Of a stretch of DNA of 64,000 bases, positions 16,133 to 25,370 are shown in pieces. The stretch is from a virus (lineage: Duplodnaviria; Heunggongvirae; Uroviricota; Caudoviricetes), in IMG/VR virus record IMGVR_UViG_3300046474_000274, positions 36,425 through 100,424 of that record. One strand, given 5' to 3'. The position numbers were made by a program, and so were the translations under genes. Each line of letters opens with the position of its first letter. Position 1 is the first letter of the stretch. The notes below the pieces were generated by a model. The model had not been told where the DNA came from, made no database searches, and saw nothing but the letters and a program-made list of their open reading frames with translations.

Positions 16133-18526
16133 ATGCAGGTTTCATCGATCGCAGAACTGGACACACACGCCGTCATCGGTGGTGGAAAAGCCGAAGCTTT
16201 CGGCATGTCAGAGTCCGCAGAATTCTTCACCGTGCTTTCAGACACGCTCTATCGCGACAAGATCCGCGCGGTCGCCCGCGAAGTGATCTGCAACGCCTGG
16301 GACGCGCATATCATGGTCGGCGCAACCGACCGCCCGATCGAGATCACGCTGACTGACCAGGAGCTTATCATCCGCGACCACGGTCCCGGTATTGCGCCCG
16401 AGCGCATGCGTCCGATCTACTGCATCTACGGCGCCTCGACCAAGGTCAAGGACGAGAACCAGACGGGCGGCTTCGGTCTCGGCTCGAAGGCACCTTTCGC
16501 CTATTCCGACCACTTCTCGGTCGTCTCGGCTCATGAAGGTCTGCGCACCGTCTACGCTGTCTCGCGCGGTGGTGCAGAGACTGACGGCAAGCCCGACATG
16601 CGCGCCATGGTCCAGACGCCGACCAAGAATTCCGGCATCACCGTCTCGATCCCGATCCGCTCGCGTGATGACCGGCTCAGGTTCGAAAGCCACATCACGG
16701 CAGTCGTCAAGCAGGGCGGCATCAAGGCGCTGCTGAACGAGCAGGAGATGTTCACCTTCGATTACACCGAAGCTCGCAAGCGCGGCTATGCCCTGTGCGG
16801 CCAGAGCGCCGATTTGCGCGAGTCCCAGGTATACGTTCTCTACGGCACCGTGCTCTATCCGGTCTCCGGCACGAACTCCGACCTGGCGCACGCCGTCAAC
16901 TCGATCTCGAACTACAAGGATCACGGCGACAAGTTCATCCTGATCGCCAAGCCCAACACCGTCGGCGTGACGCCCTCCCGCGAGTCCCTCTCCTATTCTG
17001 ATCGCACTGTCGCGACGATCCTGGGGCTGATCACCAACATCAAGAAGTCGGTCGAAGGCCACGGCCGCAAGGCTGTGAAGGAGATCATCAAGGGTCGCCT
17101 GAAGGAAGCCAAGCGCTACGAAATCCGCAGCGATATCATCAACAGCGGCAGTCGGATCTCGACCCGTGGCGAAGTCGTCACCGATGCCAAGGCGCTCGCC
17201 AAGATCGCAGCGTCCGGAAACATGGACGCATTCACGACGGCGCTGCAGCGCCACAAGATCGTCATGGACGAGATGGCGAAGAAGTATCGCGACGATCGCC
17301 GCTTCTTCCGTCGCAACCGGCACACCATGTTCCGCAACCGCAGCTACTACGGTCAATACGCCGTCTCCAGCGAGCGCGACCAGTTCCTGAACGAGTCCCG
17401 GCTTGTCCGGCGCCTGATCGCCAAGTTCGATCTTTTCGGCAGCGCGTTCGTCAGCCATTGGGACGAAATCCAGGGTCGCAAGCTGATCCCGCTCGAAGAG
17501 TTCAACCACTTCGGCGCCGTCAACCAGCGCCTTATCTTCGCACCGACGCAGCGTGACGGCTTCAAGGCAGCCCGTGAATACCACGCGCTGGCGAAGGACG
17601 AGCCTGGCTACGAGCGCAAGCTGACCCTCGTCATCATCAATCGGCGCCTGTCGCCTGAAACGCTCGACAAGATCCGCGATGCTGCAAAGCACTGGAAGAT
17701 CGACATCGAGACCACGAACTTCGCCAAGCCCATCCGTCGCAAGCGGGCTGATATCGGCATCTACTACTCGCTGCGCGATGTGAAGGAAAACAAGGACGGC
17801 TACGTCCACAAGATCGATGAGATCAAGACCCTCTTAAAGGCTAACTACTACATGCCGATGCGCGGCGGGCTCGATCGCCTGGAGATGGACAAGTCTCTCT
17901 TCCAGGTGCGTGACAAGATTCTCGAACGCTATGGCGATGTTGCCTTGGCGATGTCGAGCAAGACCGAGGCGAAGCTCAAGGCTGCCGGCGCGAAGAACAT
18001 CTACGACGCACTGTTCGCCGACCTGCAGAAGGCCAACAACAGCCGCGAGGCGCAGATCGCCTCGATGATGCAGCATGACGGGTTCATCCAGAATCCGCAT
18101 TGGCACTCGCCTGGTCGCCTGATCAACGAGCTGTGCCACAAGGACATGAAGTTCGTGACCTTCTTCTTCGGCGTCAAGCCGTCGAAGGGCACGGCACTCG
18201 AAGACGCCAAGTTTCTGATGAGCGCTCTTGGCGGCAACCGCAATAGCGGTCGCGTCAGCCGTCACAATAACTCCGTCTCGCAGGAGATGGACCGGACCTA
18301 CGCTGAGGCCAAGAAGACCTTTGCGCACCTCATCCTTGACCGTGATCAGTCGGAGAAGGTCTTCGCCTGGCTCAAGCCCCTCACCGGCATGGGCGTCTCT
18401 CAGCGTGGCGACACGTCGAAGGACGATCTCATGACCATCCTGAAGTTCCTGAAGCGGACCTTCAGCGTCAAGTCTACCCCGAACAACGACAACGCAACGC
18501 TCGAAGAAGCCAAGGAGGCAGCATGA
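16133..18526 (+). CDS. Hsp90/GHKL (Bergerat-fold) ATPase family protein, 797 aa
   Basis: ORF track; N-box AREVICNAWDA (compare Hsp90 RELISNASDA); G1 IRDHGPGI; G2 TGGFGLGSKAPF; AGAGGCAGC RBS. Confidence 0.8.
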   Translation: MQVSSIAELDTHAVIGGGKAEAFGMSESAEFFTVLSDTLYRDKIRAVAREVICNAWDAHIMVGATDRPIEITLTDQELIIRDHGPGIAPERMRPIYCIYGASTKVKDENQTGGFGLGSKAPFAYSDHFSVVSAHEGLRTVYAVSRGGAETDGKPDMRAMVQTPTKNSGITVSIPIRSRDDRLRFESHITAVVKQGGIKALLNEQEMFTFDYTEARKRGYALCGQSADLRESQVYVLYGTVLYPVSGTNSDLAHAVNSISNYKDHGDKFILIAKPNTVGVTPSRESLSYSDRTVATILGLITNIKKSVEGHGRKAVKEIIKGRLKEAKRYEIRSDIINSGSRISTRGEVVTDAKALAKIAASGNMDAFTTALQRHKIVMDEMAKKYRDDRRFFRRNRHTMFRNRSYYGQYAVSSERDQFLNESRLVRRLIAKFDLFGSAFVSHWDEIQGRKLIPLEEFNHFGAVNQRLIFAPTQRDGFKAAREYHALAKDEPGYERKLTLVIINRRLSPETLDKIRDAAKHWKIDIETTNFAKPIRRKRADIGIYYSLRDVKENKDGYVHKIDEIKTLLKANYYMPMRGGLDRLEMDKSLFQVRDKILERYGDVALAMSSKTEAKLKAAGAKNIYDALFADLQKANNSREAQIASMMQHDGFIQNPHWHSPGRLINELCHKDMKFVTFFFGVKPSKGTALEDAKFLMSALGGNRNSGRVSRHNNSVSQEMDRTYAEAKKTFAHLILDRDQSEKVFAWLKPLTGMGVSQRGDTSKDDLMTILKFLKRTFSVKSTPNNDNATLEEAKEAA

Positions 18527-20067
18527 GCAAGATCCGCATCGTCGGTGCCATTGCCAGTGCAAACGGCATCACTTTCTACCTCGAAAACGGTGAAGAATTG
18601 AACCGTCCGAAGGATACCGCCCAGACGCGCCTGATCCTCGACCAGACGGTTGAAGCTCTCGCCCGTCACGAGATCGTCGAACTCGACCTGGACGACTACT
18701 CAGTCGAACGGCGCATCGAAGAACGCACGGGCGGCGCGATCCGCTTCCTGAAGACCACGGCTAAGCGCTTCAAGTCTCTCATGGGCATGGGCAACGCTTC
18801 CGACGCCGTTCTGATCGGCCGTCTGGAACGCCTGGCCGCGAAGCCTGCCCCGGCTCCCACTGCCGAGGTGGTCAAGAAGGAAGAGGAAGTCACCATCGCT
18901 GTCGTCAAGACCGCAACCGGTGAAGTCGCCATTCCGCACATCCAGCAGATCGACAAGCAGTTGGAACATGCGGCGTTCGAAAACGTCGTCGGCTTCCAGC
19001 GCTTCATGGATCGCATCGCGGCTGTTGCCTCGCAGCGCAAGCATACGGTCGATGAACTGCTCAACTTCATGAAGATGGGCGACTTGCCGATCGCGGAAGA
19101 TGGCTCGATCGTCGCCTACAAGATGCTCTACAACATGGGCGATCACTACGTCGATCCGCACACGAGGAAGGTCAAGCAGAAGCTCGGCTCGCACGTCTCG
19201 ATGCCGATCGATATCGTGGATGATAGCCGGCGCCATGAATGCTCGACGGGGCTGCACATCGCCCGTCGCGGCTATATCAAGTCGTTCAACGGCGATGCGA
19301 TCATGGTCGTAAAGGTCGCACCGGAAGACGTGATCGCGGTTCCGCACAACGAGCCGAACAAGATGCGCGCCGCTGCATATCATATCGTCGCCGAGGTGCC
19401 GAAGGAAGGTTTCGACCTGCTCAAGGCGAACCGCCCGATGACCTCGCACGAAGCGTCTTCGCGTCTCCTTGCCGATGTTATCGCCGGTCAGCATCCGAAG
19501 GTGCTCGAATACGTCCGCATCAACGGCACGATGGGCCAGGACGTGGTGATCACGCCGGCGGAAGGCACGACCTTCGAGAAGATCATGACGACCGGCAAGC
19601 TGGCGAAGGCGCTCGATGAAGGCGTCAACGTGGTCTCGCTCAAGTCGATCCGTGATCGTGCAGAGGCTGCTATCGTGGCTCAGAAGGAGGTGGAGACGCG
19701 GACTGAGGTGACGAAGCCGACGGTCGTTCAGTCCGCTGCAGCATCCGGGGATTATGGCGCCGCGATTAACGCCGCAGCGACGGCAGCGCCCACGAAGGCT
19801 GAGTCGCCGAAGGCCGCGTCTTCGCCGGCCCCGACGAAGGCAGCCAAGCCGACGCGGGCGAAGGCGGCCGAGACCGATCTGACCGACAAGAACGACGCCT
19901 ACATTGATGCGGCGCCTGCCGAGGCACCGAAGATCGACAAGAAGGCTGAAGCGCTTCGTCTGCATGGCGAAGGCAAGTCGAACCGTCAGATCGAGGCTGA
20001 GCTGCACATTTGCCGCAAGACCTTGAAGAAGTTGTTCGACAAGAACGGCCTGAAGCCCAACGGCTGA
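18523..20067 (+). CDS. hypothetical 514-aa protein with a C-terminal sigma-region-4/LuxR-like HTH and an AAASGDYGAAINAAAT linker motif
   Basis: ORF track; ATGA overlap with the GHKL gene; C-terminal GKSNRQIEAELHICRKTLKKLF. Confidence 0.7.
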   Translation: MSKIRIVGAIASANGITFYLENGEELNRPKDTAQTRLILDQTVEALARHEIVELDLDDYSVERRIEERTGGAIRFLKTTAKRFKSLMGMGNASDAVLIGRLERLAAKPAPAPTAEVVKKEEEVTIAVVKTATGEVAIPHIQQIDKQLEHAAFENVVGFQRFMDRIAAVASQRKHTVDELLNFMKMGDLPIAEDGSIVAYKMLYNMGDHYVDPHTRKVKQKLGSHVSMPIDIVDDSRRHECSTGLHIARRGYIKSFNGDAIMVVKVAPEDVIAVPHNEPNKMRAAAYHIVAEVPKEGFDLLKANRPMTSHEASSRLLADVIAGQHPKVLEYVRINGTMGQDVVITPAEGTTFEKIMTTGKLAKALDEGVNVVSLKSIRDRAEAAIVAQKEVETRTEVTKPTVVQSAAASGDYGAAINAAATAAPTKAESPKAASSPAPTKAAKPTRAKAAETDLTDKNDAYIDAAPAEAPKIDKKAEALRLHGEGKSNRQIEAELHICRKTLKKLFDKNGLKPNG

Positions 20068-20084
20068 TTCCACCTGAATAACCC

Positions 20085-20143
20085 GCGCGCAATGTGATGT
20101 CATCCGTCGCATTGCGCGCTATAAACTAAGTAAGCACTTACTT
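20085..20143 (+). promoter_or_regulatory. promoter cassette copy (10-bp hairpin GCGCGCAATG..CATTGCGCGC, then GCGCTATAAACTAAGTAAGCACTTACTTTT)
   Basis: Family member. Confidence 0.65.
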
Positions 20144-20160
20144 TTAACGGAGCATTTACT

Positions 20161-20340
20161 ATGACGGCCTGGCTCACATGCGTAATCGGCATAGTCGCCA
20201 CCCTTCTCTTGATTTTCGCCTGGCTGACGCACGTCGTCGTCTGCATCGCGACCGCCTCCTGGATGCTGCTGTTTGTCGGCGCCATCGGCTTCCCGATCGG
20301 CATCGTCCACGGCCTCATGATCTGGTTCGGCGCCATTTAA
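20161..20340 (+). CDS. small membrane protein (59 aa, two predicted TM helices)
   Basis: ATG 12 nt after the promoter palindrome; hydrophobic throughout; below the ORF-track cutoff. Confidence 0.5.
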   Translation: MTAWLTCVIGIVATLLLIFAWLTHVVVCIATASWMLLFVGAIGFPIGIVHGLMIWFGAI

Positions 20341-20349
20341 GGAATTCAC

Positions 20350-21039
20350 ATGCCCCTGATCGTTCACAAGCACACCGAAATCATGAGCCCGACGCCGGCT
20401 CCCGTCACGCGCGGCCAGTATATGCACTCCGCAAACGGCCGGAAGATCTATCCGTTCGACCCGCGTCCGGAGGAAATCAACATCGGCGTCGTCGCCCATC
20501 ACCTGGCGACCAACAATCGCTGGAATGGCGCCACGCAGCACAAGCGGTTCAGGACTCGGATCTCGTATTCGGTCGCGGAGCACTCGGTCTACTGCGCCCG
20601 CTACATTCGCGAGGTATTGCAGCGGCCGGACCTCGAACTTGAGGCGCTGCTCCACGACGGGCCGGAATACATCACCGGCGACCTGATCCGGCCGCTCAAG
20701 CATTCGCCGCAGATCCACCCGATCTATTCCCAGGTCGAGGATAAGATCGAGCAGGCGTTCGCCAAGCGTTTCGGATTGCTCTATCCGCTCCCGAAGGAAG
20801 TGAAGATGGCTGACGAAGCCGTCTGCGCCGCGGAGTCGATCCAGATCGTGCCGAAGGATCCCTGCGAAGAATGGCAGTCGGGCAAGATGCACGACGACAG
20901 CAAGGTAGCTCCTTACGAAATTCAGATGCTGGATGCCTTCCCCGCGAAGGAATTCTTCCTGATGGAATATGAAGACGCCATTCGTCGCCGGCCGAATTAC
21001 GCTGATCTCCCGTCTTCTGTTGAGCTATATTCTAAGTAA
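20350..21039 (+). CDS. HD-domain phosphohydrolase (YfbR-like 5'-deoxynucleotidase family)
   Basis: ORF track; H...HD...D pattern (VAHHLA and LLHDGPEYITGD). Confidence 0.75.
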   Translation: MPLIVHKHTEIMSPTPAPVTRGQYMHSANGRKIYPFDPRPEEINIGVVAHHLATNNRWNGATQHKRFRTRISYSVAEHSVYCARYIREVLQRPDLELEALLHDGPEYITGDLIRPLKHSPQIHPIYSQVEDKIEQAFAKRFGLLYPLPKEVKMADEAVCAAESIQIVPKDPCEEWQSGKMHDDSKVAPYEIQMLDAFPAKEFFLMEYEDAIRRRPNYADLPSSVELYSK

Positions 21040-21051
21040 TCAATTACTTAG
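21024..21051 (+). promoter_or_regulatory. promoter cassette copy (GCTATATTCTAAGTAATCAATTACTTAG)
   Basis: Family member. Confidence 0.55.
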
Positions 21052-21064
21052 CTCGGAGAAGAAC

Positions 21065-21316
21065 ATGGCCGACACCGACAACTGGCCCAGCTTCGCAGAG
21101 GAGCTGGGCCGAAAGTCCACCGATGTCATCGAAAAGTGGATGAAAGCCTACGACACCGGCCGGATCTCGCTGAAGGAATTCTATCTGATCGCGGTGTCGC
21201 TCTATGACTCCACAAGCGGCCTGGTGCCGAAAGAAATAAGCGAGCTTCTCGCCAATATAGAAAAGGAACTCAGGGATGAAGCGGCGCGTCGTAAGGCAGC
21301 AAAAGCTGGTGTGTGA
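21065..21316 (+). CDS. hypothetical protein
   Basis: In frame with ORF 20969..21316; GGAGAAGAAC RBS; promoter cassette upstream. Confidence 0.55.
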   Translation: MADTDNWPSFAEELGRKSTDVIEKWMKAYDTGRISLKEFYLIAVSLYDSTSGLVPKEISELLANIEKELRDEAARRKAAKAGV

Positions 21317-21572
21317 TGCCTGCCACCACATGGAAGAGATCGAGCGCGTCACGTTCGGCACGATCGGCAAGCGCTGCCCTTGCTGCGATACGGTCATGCT
21401 GACGGCCGAGGACTTCCGTGAGTATCGCCGCGTAGAGCGCCGCCTCGCCTGGATTGGGCTGTTCACCCGCGTCCTGGCGTTCTGCCGGCTGCTGCCGGCC
21501 GGCACGGTCGTCCGCTCGCAGATCAAGGACGGCGAGACGATTCATCGCCTGCGCGAGGGCGGCCTGCTTTGA
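21276..21572 (+). CDS. Zn-ribbon hypothetical protein (CDAC...CPCC)
   Basis: ORF track 21276..21572. Confidence 0.5.
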   Translation: MKRRVVRQQKLVCDACHHMEEIERVTFGTIGKRCPCCDTVMLTAEDFREYRRVERRLAWIGLFTRVLAFCRLLPAGTVVRSQIKDGETIHRLREGGLL

Positions 21573-22105
21573 AGAAGTTTCCCAAGGATCAGTGGATCAA
21601 GGTAGCTCTGCGCAAGGGCTACCTCATCGTCTCCGAAGACGGCACGATCCGGCGCGCGAACAAGGCCGACGACAAGGGCAATGTTGACGCCTCGAAGGGC
21701 TATTCGGTCGTCACGCAACAGGTCCACAAGAAGTCCGGTCGCGTCTATTTCAACATGACCTTCATGGGCTTCACGAAGTCCGTGCTGACCAACAGGGTCG
21801 TCGCCTGGCGCTTTCACCCGAACCCTTTGAACTTGCCGCAGGTCAATCATATCGACGGCGACAAGGAAAATAACGCCAAGGACAATCTCGAATGGTCCAC
21901 CGGCGCCGACAACGAGAAGCACGCCCATCGCACCGGGCTCAAGACCGGGCGCGGCTCTGCCAATTCTAATGCGAAGCTCGATGTCGAGCGGGTGCTGAAG
22001 ATCCGTGCCTCAAATGACAACATCGAACAACTGATGGCGGAGCACAAGGTTAGTCGCTCGACCATCATCAACGTTCTCAATCGAACCACATGGACACACG
22101 TATGA
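21569..22105 (+). CDS. HNH endonuclease (probable TTG start)
   Basis: ORF track; HNH motif [17 protein letters not shown]...NEKHAH; C-terminal helix. Confidence 0.75.
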   Translation: MKKFPKDQWIKVALRKGYLIVSEDGTIRRANKADDKGNVDASKGYSVVTQQVHKKSGRVYFNMTFMGFTKSVLTNRVVAWRFHPNPLNLPQVNHIDGDKENNAKDNLEWSTGADNEKHAHRTGLKTGRGSANSNAKLDVERVLKIRASNDNIEQLMAEHKVSRSTIINVLNRTTWTHV

Positions 22106-22374
22106 AGCGGAATGCGATGGGGCAGCCCCGCCCTTGGGGCCACGAAGAAATGCTTGAGGCGATGGAGGAGAAGGGCGCAATCGGTGACGAGCTTCACGCC
22201 ATCATTGAGCATCAGCCCGAAGGCACCGGTGATTTCGCGGGCTGGTCCGCCGAGGTTCTGACTAACGAGGAAGGCCAGCAGATTTTCTGCACGATGGGCT
22301 ATGAGCGCATTTCCGAGTTGAAAGAGCACCTGGTCGCCGTTGGCATCACCGATATCATGGGAGACAGCGAGTGA
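22102..22374 (+). CDS. hypothetical protein
   Basis: ORF track 22090..22374; ATG 22102 overlaps the HNH stop. Confidence 0.5.
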   Translation: MKRNAMGQPRPWGHEEMLEAMEEKGAIGDELHAIIEHQPEGTGDFAGWSAEVLTNEEGQQIFCTMGYERISELKEHLVAVGITDIMGDSE

Positions 22375-22937
22375 CCAATTCTCCGATTATCGCCGGTCTC
22401 GATTGGGAGACGACGGGCAAGAACGAGCCGGATCACCGCATCATCGAAGCCTATATTGGGCTCTACCGCGGCGGAACGAAGATCTGGGGCTATGAGCAGC
22501 GGATCGACCCGCAGCGCTCGATTTCCGCGGACGCGCAGCGCGTTCACAAGATCGCCGCGCCCGACCTGATCGGCTGCCCGATCTGGGACACCGTGGCTCC
22601 CACGATCAATCAGATCCTGCAGCGCGCCGACTTCATCGTCGCCCATAACGGCAACGAGTTCGACAAGCCGTTTGGCGAACGCGAGATGGAGCGGATTGGC
22701 CTGAAGCTGACCGAGAAGCCGTGGATCGACACCATGGTCGACGGCATGTGGGCGACCGCGGACGGCAAGAAGCCCCGCCTCGGTGAGCTCGCCTTCGCCT
22801 GTGGCGTCGACTACGACCCGTCGAAGGCGCACGGCGCAGCTTATGACGTGGATATTATGATGGACTGCTTCTACCGCGGTCTCGATTGGGGCTTCTTTGC
22901 CCTGCCTGAAACGGAAGGGTTAGCGCTCGCTGCATGA
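22371..22937 (+). CDS. DnaQ-like DEDDh 3'-5' exonuclease
   Basis: ORF track; Exo I GLDWETTG; Exo III HNGNEFDKPF; GTG start overlapping the upstream stop. Confidence 0.75.
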   Translation: MTNSPIIAGLDWETTGKNEPDHRIIEAYIGLYRGGTKIWGYEQRIDPQRSISADAQRVHKIAAPDLIGCPIWDTVAPTINQILQRADFIVAHNGNEFDKPFGEREMERIGLKLTEKPWIDTMVDGMWATADGKKPRLGELAFACGVDYDPSKAHGAAYDVDIMMDCFYRGLDWGFFALPETEGLALAA

Positions 22938-23016
22938 TCATCCTGCCGCATCCCAATTAGTGCTCTGCTATATCTAATTCATCAACAAACGCAGACACTT
23001 AGAAAGGAATGCAGCA

Positions 23017-23802
23017 ATGACCACTCCAGTCGCAGCCATCGCAGTCATGCCGAACGTAGCAGACCTTGAAGCCCTCGACGCTGTTCTCGCCGACTTCAAC
23101 CTCGAAGAAGGCACCAACGCCGACGATGACGTGATCCTCGACCCGACGCCGGAAGACGAAGCCGAGCTGGAAGCAGCCGAAGCTGCGCCGGCGATCGTCA
23201 GCGACGATGCGCTTGCCGACCTCGACCTGGCGCTTGCCAAGTCCGAGCTCTACGGCGAGCAGAAGTCCGCGTCCGTCACGACGACCGAACTGCCGAAGCC
23301 GACCGATGCCGTGCTCCCGAAGGGCCAGCGCGCGAAGAAGGCAGCCGGTTCGGCCGGTGCATCTGCCGCCCGCACGCCGCGCGATATCTCCAAGGTCGCC
23401 AACGAATTCTTCGTCCTCGCCGGTGATGTGTCGGCGATGTCGGAAGACGACCTCAAGGCCGCCCGTGACGCCACGATGAAGCTCGTGCCCAACCAGGTGA
23501 AGGTCGCCGAGAAGTTCGAAAACCTCTTCACGGCGCTCAGCGTCGGAAAGGCGCCGTCCACCTACGTCATGATCGCCTTCAAGCTGCTCGACGGCAAGGG
23601 CTCGATGACCTCCTCCGATGTCGTCGGCGCTTACAAGGCGTCCGGTCTCGGCGAAGGCACCGCTCGCTCGCAGTCGGGCCAGATCATGAACCTCTTTGCG
23701 ACTGTCAAGATTGCCGATCGGGCAGGACAGACGCTCACCCTGCGCTCGGACAGCTTGCTGGCCGAACGCCTGCGCAGCCTGCCGGCTCCTGCCGCAAGCT
23801 AG
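23017..23802 (+). CDS. acidic hypothetical protein
   Basis: ORF track; AAAGGAA RBS. Confidence 0.6.
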   Translation: MTTPVAAIAVMPNVADLEALDAVLADFNLEEGTNADDDVILDPTPEDEAELEAAEAAPAIVSDDALADLDLALAKSELYGEQKSASVTTTELPKPTDAVLPKGQRAKKAAGSAGASAARTPRDISKVANEFFVLAGDVSAMSEDDLKAARDATMKLVPNQVKVAEKFENLFTALSVGKAPSTYVMIAFKLLDGKGSMTSSDVVGAYKASGLGEGTARSQSGQIMNLFATVKIADRAGQTLTLRSDSLLAERLRSLPAPAAS

Positions 23803-23822
23803 CCCCGGCTTGCTCCGCAGAA

Positions 23823-23860
23823 GCGGCCGACGAGTCCCACCTGTTGTTCTCGTCGGCCGC
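23823..23860 (+). terminator. 12-bp hairpin GCGGCCGACGAG..CTCGTCGGCCGC after the gene ending at 23802
   Basis: No T-run. Confidence 0.35.
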
Positions 23861-23888
23861 TCACCACCTCATGCATCCCAAAATCGAT

Positions 23889-23919
23889 AGCGCTATAAGC
23901 TAAGTAAGAGATTACTTAG
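23889..23919 (+). promoter_or_regulatory. promoter cassette copy (AGCGCTATAAGCTAAGTAAGAGATTACTTAG)
   Basis: Family member. Confidence 0.65.
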
Positions 23920-23933
23920 CGGAGGAGAATTAC

Positions 23934-24215
23934 GTGAACCTCTACTTCATCAACGGAAGCGACGACAACGGCGACAGCATGGATCTCTTTGTGCGCGGCG
24001 AGTCTCCGCAGGAAGCGTTCGATATCTGGAAGGCCAACGATATCGCCCTCGGTTGGTCGGTCGTCTTCGAAGGCGTTCTTTCATCTGAGCCGGCCGAAGA
24101 AGCCGGGGTCGAAGATCTCCGCTTCTATCTCGTGCCGGAGAACAACGACGCCGGCGCCCTCGACTGGCACACGCCGGATGGCGTCAATTGCGTCGCCCAC
24201 GCCAACCCGATCTGA
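23934..24215 (+). CDS. hypothetical protein (GTG start)
   Basis: ORF track; GGAGGAG 7 nt upstream; promoter cassette upstream. Confidence 0.5.
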   Translation: MNLYFINGSDDNGDSMDLFVRGESPQEAFDIWKANDIALGWSVVFEGVLSSEPAEEAGVEDLRFYLVPENNDAGALDWHTPDGVNCVAHANPI

Positions 24216-24225
24216 GGAAACGTCC

Positions 24226-24678
24226 ATGTGGATCAACGTCTCCGACAAAGAAGCCGACCTCATCAGTTACGCGCTGAGTTCCTATTTCGCCGCGACCGGT
24301 GAAGAAGCCTGCTTCGATCTGAGGGAGAGGCTCTCGCGGCGCAAGAAAGCCTTCACCGCTGATCCTACCTGCTGCATCGACCAGATGGCCGGCGAGCTGG
24401 TCTACGGCGAAGAAGGCGGCGACTTCCAGGCTGCCGCCTTCGAGAAGCTCGACAGCCTCACCAACGGCTCCATCCACTACGACCAGGACACGATCATCGC
24501 CAGGGATGGAGCAGGTGGCGCCTACGTCATGGGCTGGATCCACATTTCAGACCTCCCGGACGATGAAGACGCCTGCCGCGAGTGCGGCGAGCACTACGCG
24601 GATGGTGGCGACGGTTACAACGGGCGCTGCCCCGACTGCGCCGATAAAGCAGAACAGGAAGGACGTTCCGATGACTGA
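24226..24678 (+). CDS. hypothetical protein with a C-terminal Zn-binding CxxC pair
   Basis: In frame with ORF 23989..24678; GAGGAAA RBS. Confidence 0.55.
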   Translation: MWINVSDKEADLISYALSSYFAATGEEACFDLRERLSRRKKAFTADPTCCIDQMAGELVYGEEGGDFQAAAFEKLDSLTNGSIHYDQDTIIARDGAGGAYVMGWIHISDLPDDEDACRECGEHYADGGDGYNGRCPDCADKAEQEGRSDD

Positions 24679-25024
24679 GATTTTCGTATTCGGCTCAAAC
24701 CTGGCCGGCCGTCACGGCGCAGGTGCCGCACTCTACGCGCTCCAGCACAAGGGCGCGATTTACGGCCAGGGCGTCGGGCTGCAGGGTGAATCCTATGGCA
24801 TCCCGACCAAGGACACTCTCATTCGCACCCTGCCGCTGCCGTATATCGACCAGGCGATCGACGACTTCATGACGTTCGCCAAGTCCCGGCCGGACCTCAC
24901 CTTCGACGTGACGCCGATCGGCTGCGGTCTGGCCGGCTATAAGCGCGAGCAGATCCGTCCTCTCTTCGAGGGTATGCCGGATAACTGCCGCTTCAACCCG
25001 AGCTGGGATGAGCATGTTGGCTAA
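24671..25024 (+). CDS. small Rossmann-like protein, possibly SLOG/LOG-DprA-like (motif FVFGSNLAGRHGAGAA)
   Basis: In frame with ORF 24506..25024; AGGAAGGA RBS. Confidence 0.45.
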   Translation: MTEIFVFGSNLAGRHGAGAALYALQHKGAIYGQGVGLQGESYGIPTKDTLIRTLPLPYIDQAIDDFMTFAKSRPDLTFDVTPIGCGLAGYKREQIRPLFEGMPDNCRFNPSWDEHVG

Positions 25025-25370
25025 GATGCGCGCACTCCTCCCCTATCAGAAGCACGCTGAGGACTTCTTCGGCATCACCAATCCCGACCGGGGCTTCTTC
25101 ATCAACGTCTATCTCCGGGAGGTCGGCACGCCTGGCGAGCATCTGGAACCGGGCAATCTCTGGGCGAACCGGAGGGAAGCTGCTGTCAACGGTCGCGCCC
25201 AGGTCAAGGGAAGCAGTGACAAGATCGCCTACCGCATTCGCGTGAAACCGAAGGGTCCGATCCCGAGGCGCCCGCCGCCCGAGCCATTCCCGTCTCGCGG
25301 GTTTTATCAGCCTTTCTATTTTCACGGGCCTTGCATGTGCCAGTCCCGTTCCATGAGGAGTTTTAGATGA
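25008..25370 (+). CDS. hypothetical protein
   Basis: ORF track 25008..25370. Confidence 0.4.
   Translation: MSMLAKMRALLPYQKHAEDFFGITNPDRGFFINVYLREVGTPGEHLEPGNLWANRREAAVNGRAQVKGSSDKIAYRIRVKPKGPIPRRPPPEPFPSRGFYQPFYFHGPCMCQSRSMRSFR

Noticed and set aside
16238-17809. 523-aa minus-strand ORF inside the GHKL ATPase gene
   Set aside because: Antisense artefact of a high-GC gene.
18700-20112. 470-aa minus-strand ORF
   Set aside because: Antisense to the 514-aa HTH protein gene, and Arg-rich.
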